Assembly (NCBI RefSeq): GCF_006345805.1
Contig: NW_021825102.1
Coordinates: 1 to 16,775, forward strand
Length of the DNA: 16,775 bases
Direction of reading: 5' to 3'
Source of the DNA: Octopus sinensis
Lineage: Eukaryota
In this document: positions 8,239 through 16,775 of the stretch, one piece after another
Layout of the letters: every line of letters starts with the position of its first letter
Numbering within the stretch: the first letter of the stretch is position 1
Position numbers and translations under genes: made by a program
Notes under the pieces: generated by a model
The model's input: the letters and a program-made list of their open reading frames with translations, nothing else
Told to the model about the DNA's origin: nothing
The model's database searches: none

Positions 8239-9855
8239 TCTTATTTCTAACATAAAATATTAAAGATATAACTCCTTTTCTTGTCATTTAGACCCACTGT
8301 GAGTTGTTTGTTTATGCACGGTATTATAGAATTTTGCCATCTCTGCTGATTTTCGTTCTTCGTCGAATGTGGGATGTGAGATAGAAATATTTTCAAAACC
8401 AAACTGTATTCTACTATATTTCATATTCCTTTTTGTGAAGGCATGAGGTTTCAAGCAAATGTAATTATACCATTACAAACGACCTACCTGTGAAAAATCT
8501 CAAAAGAAAACCAGATGAATTTTAATCACATGTTTTCCGTCAATAGCCAATTTTAAAAGTATGCTTACAGCCATGAGTTGAAATTCAAAGGTGAACTTCA
8601 AAGATGAAATAGACAAGGGGCTCATAGGGCAGAAGTTTCGACAAACAGATCTGTTATAAAGGTAAATTGGAATTATTCGATTGATTTAAAAAATTCAAGG
8701 AAACCTTATTAAGACCTCAAAAAATTGACATAAAACCGATGGATTTTCAGAAGATTGACAAAAATGTGCGGAAAATTGTCACTGACAATCAGATTAACAT
8801 GACACGAGATAACAAGAAAAGACTGTACTTTAAAAGTAATACACTTATAGGGGAACTTGAATTTGTCGAGTTGAAATCTGAACAAATGTTGACCCAGTTT
8901 TTAAATGACGTAAAATAAAAGTCAGTATACTGGCTGTTAGGCACGATTGTAGAGTGTGTTAGTCAAAAATATAGTATCTAAACTTACTTAGAAATAGCGT
9001 TCAGACTCTAATGAAGATGCAAAATAAATTTTTGATAGAACGCATTAACAAGAAATCAATTCATTCTGTTTTATTCAATTGTCTGAGTGAGCCTGGAGTG
9101 TACACATCCAGCCCTGATAATGGTTAAGGCAACCAGAATTCCCTTAAAAACTGACTAAACTTTTGGTCCCGATTCACCTCATAGACCATCACTGCCATTT
9201 TATTTTCGATATACGGAATCTCTCCATTTCGAATACCGGCCGTATTTTGTAATCCCAATTTGAATTTTTTGGGCCATAAGCCGGCCTTTTGACATCAATC
9301 ATTGATCCTATTAGCCGTCTTTAACCTTGAAATGCGAACAACGATAGATATATATTGCAAAAAACTTGACAAAAAATCAAAAACTACCACAAAATCGATC
9401 AAGTTGCGAATTGTCTTTAAAGAAGAAAATTCAAATAATAAATCAATCGATACCATCCAAAAATTTATCTCTTAGATGCTATTCGGTGGATTAGCACAGC
9501 TTGGATGGACGTGAAATCAAACATCCTACTAATTTGCGTGGCACTCCAGTAAAAATATATGATATAAATGATAATCTTGAACAAATTTACTGTTCACACC
9601 CTTTATGAATAGACTAGTCGATCAAACAGTTTCAGTTTCTGTAGATAGTGACAGTGACTTGGATTCTGATAAGCAAACAGAGCCAAAACATGGGAAAATG
9701 TAAAGTTAATTTATTCGTGCGTGTCTATAGTTTACCAGGCGAGAGGCTATGGAACAATTAACACGCATAAATCTTCAACAATGCTATACCAAAACTGCCA
9801 CTTTTCTTGCACTCAAAAATTTGCATCACTCGATTTTGTCAATAGACTGATCTAT

Positions 9856-10588
9856 TATTATTATTATTAGCACTTCCCGTAGGAACATAAACAAGGAAAG
9901 GAGAGAGTTATATTCCCACACGTGCCACACACGATACAATCTTCTTAACCATCGTTTGCCATCCTCTGCGGTTTTGTGCAAGCCATCGCAGTTCGTCCAA
10001 GTCCTCGCATTTTTTCAGGGTTTTGCCCACGTGTTTCAGATCGTGTTCCAGCGCAACCGGCAGTGTTGTGCGTGGACGTCCGCGAAACTTTGGGCTATCC
10101 GAGAGAAAGTACTCTTCCATGGCTTGGTAAGCAGGTGAGGACGGGTCCATTCTCAGGACGTGTCCGAAAAGCCTCCAGCGGCCATCTATGATGTCCTGGC
10201 TGACTGGCACCGAGTTACTGAGTTTGTAGAGCGATGAGTTGTTAATTTTCTTAGGCCAATGCAGACCATTTAGGACGCGAAGCTGTTTTCTGTGAAACGA
10301 GTCAAGATTCTTTAGTTCGGTGTCAGAGATGCCCCATGTAGATGAGTTGTACAATAGTACCGGTTTGACAAAAGCGTTGTAGATTCTAGAGCGTAGTGAT
10401 GGGTTCCCGGGGCAATATCGTAGCCAATCTTTCATGACGGATTTTAGAGCAACAGCGGCCAGTAGCTTTCTCCGCATGATGTCTTCTCGGTCTCCAAGCA
10501 GAGAGCCAAGCTTCTTCGAAAGTCTCCATTTTTCCATAGTTTGGGTATCCGAGCGTGATACATCGACCACGTCAGTCTTGTCCGTTGA
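9856..10588 (-). mobile_element. RTE 3' segment: post-RT/thumb and C-terminal region, about 38-nt 3' UTR, (TAA)n tail
   Basis: KTD...KLGSLL...DI.RR...A...RIYNAFVKPVLLYNSSTW...LDSFHRK.LR....WPKKI.N..LY...RWRLFGHVLRM...RGRPRTT; stop at 9908; tail TATTATTATTATTA at 9856-9869 on the plus strand. Confidence 0.9.
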
Positions 10589-12810
10589 GGTGGCGACGTA
10601 CCTCTCTTGCACAATGTCTAAAACACACACAGTACAACCGGACAGGCTATCAATTCTATCCTTTAACGTTCGTGGACTCTGCCAGACCTGGAAACAACAA
10701 GCACTCTGTAATGACATGGATAAATATCGTGCGGACATCGGCTGTCTACAAGAGACCAAACAAAAATCTGGAATGGACCTAACCTATGGAGATTACCGAA
10801 TGATCTTGCTACCCTCCGACTGCAGACACTATGGACAAGGTTTTGTGATTCACAAGAGGCTCGGTGTCAAACGCTGGTGGAGAATTACAGATAGGTTTTC
10901 AGCAATCCAAGTACAAATCGGCGGTAAAGGCAGGCCCAATGCAGTCGCAACGGTCATTAACGTATACGCCCCGCGCACAGCGGCAGAATCGTCAACGCTC
11001 CTGAAGAAATCGATGAATTCTATGAGGTACTGACCCCGACATACCTATCCTTACAATCGTCTACCCTCCTGCTTGTCGTCGGCGACTGGAACGCCAAGGC
11101 TGGCATCCGTCGAGGCACTGAAACTTTTATTGGACGGAAGAGGGTATAGAAACCTCCCAGGAGCCCTATTGGCTAATTTCTGTAAAACACTCGGGCTATT
11201 CCTATGCAACACGGCCTTTGATCACCCTGCTCGGCACAAGTCTACCTGGACTGGCAGGAGACGTGGTGAAGACGGGAACTTTATGTGTCGCCAAAGAGAC
11301 ACATGGCTTCTACAAGACTCTTGTTCTTACGGGGGCTTGGTCGTTGACAGTGACCACAAGATAGTCATCGGCAGATTCAATCTGAAGAAATTATATGTGC
11401 TGGATAAAACAAATCGTCAATTCCCTCATAAATCGGACAGATACCTGACAGAAAAACTGGCTCCCTCACTATCGACTCGAAACCTCTATAAATCATCCAT
11501 CGATGAATCCCTAAAAACATGGAAACTGGACTTATGCCTTCAGCCGCTTGGAAGGCAATGTCAGCCAACATTCACTCGGCGGCAAATAAATATGTTGGAA
11601 AGCAGCCAAAAATACGCACTTATCGGGCTGTGTTACCCGGATGCTCTTGCCTTGTCAGTTGTGCAAAAGGAGCTTAAGCTGAGCACTGAGAACACCAAAG
11701 ATATGGATACCAAACTCGCACTGAAAGGCCGGCGTGCTGCCATCCAAAAACAAATAAAGACCCTAAACCTCCAATATGGCCGGGATATCCTGGCTTCCCG
11801 TCTTGGAGAACTGGAAGCCCTCAAAGATAATGCACGCACGTTTATGGCTTTACGGTTGCTTAAGAGGAAGAAAAACTGCCCCAAACTTCGACTCCAAACC
11901 AGTAATGGGGTTCAAATATCTGACCCGGGAGAACAGGTGGGAGTCATTGCGGACTATTTTGAACAACGATTTAACGCTAACACCGAACAAATCTCGCCTT
12001 TCTCTGGCCCAGCACGACGACTGAAGAATACAATCTCCTTGAAGGAAGTTACAAAGGCTGTTAGCAGGCTCAAGAATATTAATGCGGAGCTGCTGAAATA
12101 CGGGCCCGAATCTCTTCTATGCAACATCACGAACATTCTCAACGATATGTTTGCTACAAATGACTCACTCCCACTGGGCTCTGGAGTTCTCATCCCTATT
12201 CAAAAGCCGAACAAACCTCTTGGTCCAGTAGAAAATCTCCGCCCAGTCATTTTGCTAAACTCCCTGAGGAAGGTTCTCTCGCTGATTGTTCTGGATTGGA
12301 GACAAAGTCAATGACTTTCTGTCACCGAGTCACAGCGGATTCAGAGAAGGACGTTCAACCGCAGATGTTCTTTGGGGCCACCGATGGCGGTGTGCAACCC
12401 ACCAAAGATACAAAAGTGCCACGAGAATCCTGGGTATCGATATGTCAAGAGCTTTTGATTCCATCCATCGCGATCTCCTCATGAGGGTTCTACGGAGTTT
12501 CTTAGATGAAGATGCTATCAGAATGATACAGGTCTTATTGGCAAAAACGGACCTCACTGTTCGCCTTGGGACAACGTCGTCCAGATCCTTCCCAACAAAT
12601 GTGGGAACCCCCCAAGGAGACTCTCTCTCGCCTCTGTTATTTGTGATCTACCTTGAGGCTGCTTTACGAGAGCTGAGAGGTCTATATGACAAGTCAATAA
12701 CTGAAGTGATTTACGCTGACGACGCCGACTTTGTGTCCACTGACAAATCCGCCCTACTCAGACTATTGGAGATTGCACCGGATAAACTTGGAGAATGGTT
12801 CTTAATCTTA
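10589..12810 (+). pseudogene. RTE inverted 5' segment: AP endonuclease plus reverse transcriptase, frameshifted
   Basis: Likely start ATG at 10614 (MSKTHT..). APE motifs SFNVRGL, LQETK, INVYAP, EEIDEFY, GDWNAK, RN..G..L..FC, SDH. RT motifs LRPVILLNSLRKVL, SGFREGRST.D, IDMSRAFDSI, GTPQGDSLSPLLF, YADD. Frameshifts at about 10985, 11140 and 12295, plus small deletions. Confidence 0.92.
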
Positions 12811-13109
12811 AGACTGATCTATCTGAACAAAAAAAGCGATTGGTGAATCGAAGCTAGATACAAGGTAATCTCTATTGACAGATTTCTATTAATTTTATTT
12901 TTTCAATTTATTGTTATAAGTAAATTTAATGGATTGTTCAATATAACGAGATTCTTCATCGGTAATGTGATGGCTGTAATGAAGATTTGGAGGCTAATGT
13001 TGATCGGCACAAGCAATCCCTTCGTTCCTTGCTCCTTCATTTGATTAGTTAGTTGTGACTGTTTGTGCTGGGTTTGCCATGTTGTGCAAGCTTGGGGGTT
13101 ATAAATAAA

Positions 13110-13154
13110 TCTTAATAATAAAATGGTATGGTGTGTGTCTGTCTGTCTGTCTGT
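13110..13154 (+). repeat. (GTCT)4 microsatellite (13137-13154) preceded by a possible Helitron 5' terminus (A|TCTTAATAATAAAA...)
   Basis: The microsatellite is directly visible. TC after an A, an AT-rich stretch and then (GTCT)n is the layout of 5' ends of several invertebrate Helitron families. The Helitron assignment is inference. Confidence 0.5.
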
Positions 13155-13283
13155 GCACACCCACATTCAAATTGTTACAAACCAGATCAAATTGTCAAAA
13201 CCTTCCCTTTTGTAGTTATTCGATAATGAGGCACAATAAAAGGTTGATATCCTCTAAGAACCTTCCTGTCAAAAAATTTTAAT

Positions 13284-14447
13284 AAGAAAGAATATCCTCG
13301 ATGATGAGGTCCCCCAAAACCTTCAAGTCAATTTTCTGCGTTTTTGTTAAAATGAACAACAAGAAAGTCCTCGACTCACATGATGTGGTCCCCCAAAACC
13401 TTCAAGCCAAAAAATTAAAAAAAATTATTTTCTGCGTTTTTGTTAAAATGAACAACAAGAAAGTCCTCGACTCACATGATGTGGTCCCCCAAAACCTTAA
13501 AGCTAAAAAATTAAAAAAAATTATTTTCTGCGTTTTTGTTAAAATGAACAACAAGAAAGTCCTCGACTTACATGATGTGGTCCCCCAAAACCTTCAAGCC
13601 AAAAAATTAAAAAAATTTTTTTCTGCGTTTTGTTAAAATGAACACAAGAAAGTCCTCGACTCACATGATGTGGTCCTCCAAAACCTTCAAGCCAAAAAAT
13701 TAAAAAAAATTATTTTCTGCGTTTTTGTTAAAATGAACAACAAGAAAGTCCTCGACTCACATGATGTGGTCCCCCAAACCTTCAAGCCAAAAAATTAAAA
13801 AAATTATTTTCTGCGTTTTTGTTAAAATGAACAACAAGAAAGTCCTCGACTCACATGATGTGGTCCCCAAAACCTTCAAGGTAAAAAATTAAAAAAATAT
13901 TTTCTGCGTTTTTGTTAAAATGAACAACAAGAAGTCCTCGACTCACATGATGTGGTCCCCCAAAACTTTCAAGCCAAAAAATTAAAAAAATTATTTTCTG
14001 CGTTTTTTGTAAAATAAACAACAAGAAAGTCCTCGACTCACATGATGTGGTCCCCCAAAACCTTCAACCAAAAAATTAAAAAAAATTATTTTCTGCGTTT
14101 TTGTTAAATGAAACAGAAAGAAAGTCAACGTCCTCGACTCACATGATGTGGTCCCTCAAAACCTCAGCCAAAAAATTAAAAAAAATTATTTTCTGCGTTT
14201 TTGTTAAAATGACAACAGAAAGTCCTCGACTCACATGATGTGGTCCCTCAAAACCTTCAAGCCAAAAAATTAAAAAAAATTATTTTCTGCGTTTTGTTAA
14301 ATGACACAAGAAAGTCCTCGACTCACATGATGTGGTCCCCAAAACCTTCAAGCCCAAAATTAAAAAAAATATTTTCTGCGTTTTTGTTAAAATGAACGAC
14401 AAGAAAGTCCTCGACTCACATGATGAGGTCTCCACAACCTTCAAGCC
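13284..14447. repeat. Tandem satellite, 96-bp consensus unit, about 12 copies
   Basis: Unit GTCCTCGACTCACATGATGTGGTCCCCCAAAACCTTCAAGCCAAAAAATTAAAAAAAATTATTTTCTGCGTTTTTGTTAAAATGAACAACAAGAAA. GTCCTCG starts at 13367, 13463, 13559, 13652, 13748, 13842, 13934, 14029, 14130, 14222, 14314 and 14407. Length variation is mostly in homopolymers. Confidence 0.98.
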
Positions 14448-14646
14448 TCGTGAGGCCATTATTAGCTTAGCTATCTTTTTTCGATGACATAAATTCTTTT
14501 TTGTTAAATTTTCGTTAAAAAAATAAAATAAAAGCTCTAATTGTTATCGACCATGAATAGACTGTGCAATTATCAGATTTTGAAAACCACTAAAAAGGAA
14601 AAAGCAAAAATTATTAGAGATTTACATAATTGATTTCTTTTAACTG

Positions 14647-14881
14647 CCGAAACTGACAAATTCGATTATGCTACTGTTTAGATTTCTTAAAAGATAGAGG
14701 CAAATAAAATTTAAATTAGTCATGTAAATTTCAATTTGCCTATATTTAAATCTCCTTGATTTAACAGGCTTTAATTTTTTTCCTTATAATACTACAAAGA
14801 TGAAGCTGATTATCATTTTCTTTACCGAAACAGACAAGTTCGATTATGCTAAAGTTTCAATTCCTTTAAACATAGAGGCAA
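14647..14881 (+). repeat. Dispersed 57-bp direct repeat (14647-14703 and 14825-14881), 48/57 identical
   Basis: CCGAAACTGACAAATTCGATTATGCTACTGTTTAGATTTCTTAAAAGATAGAGGCAA vs CCGAAACAGACAAGTTCGATTATGCTAAAGTTTCAATTCCTTTAAACATAGAGGCAA, ungapped. Confidence 0.85.
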
Positions 14882-15119
14882 TTAAGTATAATGGCTTTGA
14901 TTGGATAATACACTTTACATAAATTTCACTAAATAAATTTACGTAAAATTTAATATAAATTACTGATTCGCGTTTACAAAATCATAAGAATGTCCTATAA
15001 AGAGAGATCTGAGAATGTTAACAAACAAGAGAATATGAACCATATAACAAAAAAGAGAACGAGGGAAGATGTGCTTAAATGGTGAGGAACTTAGACAACA
15101 CTGAACAAGGTCAGGACTG

Positions 15120-15950
15120 CTGTTAGACTCAACTACGGGTAATAGAATTATGCAATCTAGGTTAATTGTTTGGGATGAATTACGATGGCTCATAAAGGCG
15201 CATTCAAGCAGTTGACCGAACATATAGAGATATCAAGAATTGTAGCGACCATTTGTTTGGGGGAGCATTAGTTGTATTGGCAGGTGATTTTAGACAGACG
15301 CTGCCAATTATTCAAAGGGACGCCAGCGGATGAATTGAATGCCTGCCTCAAATCGTCATATTTGTGGACACACGTGAAAAGGTTAGCTTAGATGTAAAGT
15401 ACATGCACATTTACAAGGCGTTAATAGCATATTCCCACAAATCCTTCTAGATATTGGAAATGGGGCAATCACTTCAGAAATGCACGACCAGAAAATTAGG
15501 CTACGGAAGAATTATGTATTTTCGTAGAAACAGCAGAAGAATTATTGAATGCCGTCTATCCGAACTATCTGAACACTACGTGAATTTCGACTGGCTGCGT
15601 GAACGAGCTATATTAGCTCCACTTAATGATGGTATTAATATAAATTTAGATTTATTATGAAAATCCCTGGCAGAGAAAGAATATATAATCGGTCGACGTT
15701 ATTATGGACCATGAAAGGGCCTGCGATAGATTTAAGAGACTACAATTTCCGCTGAAGATAAGTTTTGCTATGACAATAAACAAGGCCCAGGGACAGTCTT
15801 TAAGGTAGTAGGCTTATTTTTAGAGAACGAGTGCTTTTCACATGGCCAGCTGTATGTGGGGTGCTCAAGGGTAGGTAGAAGAGAAATTTATTTATATTTG
15901 CCAAGGATGGACGGACTGCAAACATCGTTTATCCACAGGCCTTAGAATAA
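15120..15950 (+). mobile_element. Helitron-type PIF1 helicase remnant (degenerate, internally deleted)
   Basis: Motifs in order across frameshifts: LIVWDE.TMAHK (15171), FGG..VVLAGDFRQTLP (15283), LLDIGNG, WLRERAILAPLN, RLQFPLKISFAMTINKAQGQS (15764), CFSHGQLYVGCSRV (15835), NIVYPQAL*. Walker A and Rep domain are absent. Confidence 0.9.
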
Positions 15951-16154
15951 GGTGAAATTAGAATTTAAAAGAATTCTGAAACTCTCAAGAGTAATTCCCT
16001 GGTTAAGTTCGATCTGTTCAACACAATAATTTTTATGCTGATCAAGAAATTTTTTTGCTTTTGATCCCTCTCGCTGATCAGGTTTATCCTTCTTTTTCAA
16101 CCAAAGATAAGTAGTAGTTTTCGGAACATCAAGATATTTGCAAGTTTCTTTTAG
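15951..16154 (-). mobile_element. N-terminal HTH fragment of a Tc1/IS630-type transposase
   Basis: Minus frame LKETCKYLDVPKTTTYLWLKKKDKPDQREGSKAKKFLDQHKNYCVEQIELNQGITLESFRILLNSNF fits the pattern A..L.V..TT...W.K...RGG.K..K....H......IE.NP.ITL..L...L...F of Tc1/IS630-family DNA-binding domains. No DDE domain or TIR seen. Confidence 0.55.
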
Positions 16155-16161
16155 CTACTAT

Positions 16162-16775
16162 CTGGCAGAAGATGAATTTGGAAAAGCTGCTTGGAGTGAC
16201 TCCATTGTTGTGTTATAGTCGAGATTTTTGACAAATAAGGTGGCATTCTCCCCTGTTGCCTCCTCCTCTTGTTGTTGTTCTTCATCCGGTACAATTATCG
16301 ACAATTTTCTCCCTTTTAATAGACTTCCCACCAAATCAAGGGCATTTGGCAACTTCCTGTGCCCACCATAGCCGTGGCAGTTCTATATGACCTAATTTCG
16401 CCAGATAAACCTTTTCTGCTTTTTTATTCTAGATACATTGACTCCATTGGACTCAAAGAACATTTTGATGTCACCACTGTTACGTCAGAACCCAGGTTCC
16501 CTATCATGACAGAGACAGGGGACTCTAATATATATTTCAAAGTCACTAACCGTTGGGCACATCAGAATTTTCGTCATCACTTTCCTCTTCTTCACTTTCT
16601 TCGTTGTCCTGAAAAATGTTGCCAACTGCTGGAGTCCCCTCTTCTTCGTCAGATTCTTCTTCAAACTCATCGGTTTCATCCTCATCATTTCTTGTAGATT
16701 TTTCTGAACGTTTCCGACAACATTTTCTTCTTCATCATCAGAATCATCCTCGCTGTCCGACTCTTCAGTTTTTTG
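16162..16775 (-). pseudogene. NCL: Second, 3'-truncated copy of the nucleolin-like gene (matches 5942-6560), continuing beyond the window
   Basis: Near-identical to 5942-6560 including the two introns in that interval. It differs by a few substitutions and about eight small indels. Homology ends inside RRM2 at ...AAFPNSSSAR, followed by TAG TAG. Confidence 0.88.

Larger units (their letters stand above)
9844..12822. mobile_element. Near full-length RTE-type LINE with internal inversion, including 12-bp TSDs
   Basis: AGACTGATCTAT occurs at 9844-9855 and 12811-12822. The 3' part with (TAA)n tail is on the minus strand (10588 to 9856). The APE-RT part is on the plus strand (10589-12810). The two pieces are contiguous in protein order (..GEWFL / ..TDKTDVVDV..). 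Confidence 0.88.

Noticed and set aside
7630-8260. TSD around the CRE copy (ATAAAAT on both sides)
   Set aside because: Too short and AT-only to be distinguished from background.
10434-10759. Apparent overlapping bidirectional genes (10434+ and 9908-10759-)
   Set aside because: The overlap is read-through across the inversion junction at about 10588. Each ORF is homologous only on its own side.
10614-12846. Active retrotransposon or bacterial RT system (retron, DGR, group II intron)
   Set aside because: The APE-RT architecture with a (TAA)n tail is a eukaryotic RTE LINE. The ORF is split by inversion and frameshifts, so this copy cannot be autonomous.
12903-13166. 87-aa minus-strand ORF
   Set aside because: It starts in the (GTCT)n microsatellite and has no recognisable motif.
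13301-13636. 111-aa ORF with a 32-aa repeat (MNNKKVLDSHDVVPQNLQAKKLKKIIFCVFVK)
   Set aside because: It is a by-product of a stop-free 96-bp (3n) unit. The frame collapses as units lose bases, and there is no coding context.
13284-14447. CRISPR array
   Set aside because: Whole units repeat with no unique spacers, there are no cas genes, and the context is eukaryotic.

Overview
AT-rich, compact eukaryotic genomic DNA (standard genetic code) with ultra-short spliceosomal introns and a high load of decayed transposons. Host genes: an initiator tRNA-Met (990-1061, -), an EHD/Rme-1/Past1-family gene (1398-3044, +; about 522 aa; three introns of 25, 25 and 28 nt) and a nucleolin-like gene (7000-5511, -; acidic N-terminus, 2 RRMs, RGG tail; seven introns of about 24-31 nt). 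A 3'-truncated second nucleolin copy runs off the right edge (16162-16775). Mobile elements: a near full-length RTE-type LINE (9856-12810) whose 5' three quarters is inverted relative to its 3' end, bounded by a 12-bp target-site duplication (the geometry expected from twin priming); a short second RTE 3' fragment; three CRE-type restriction-like-endonuclease fragments; a probable R4-type C-terminal fragment; a Helitron PIF1 helicase remnant; and a Tc1/IS630-type HTH fragment. A 96-bp tandem array (about 12 copies, 13284-14447) may lie inside the Helitron. It is not a CRISPR array. All family calls come from motif recognition and manual translation; no database searches were run. Many single-base indels sit in homopolymers and may be long-read errors rather than real mutations. 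The intron sizes fit a reduced parasite genome such as a dicyemid, but that is inference only.
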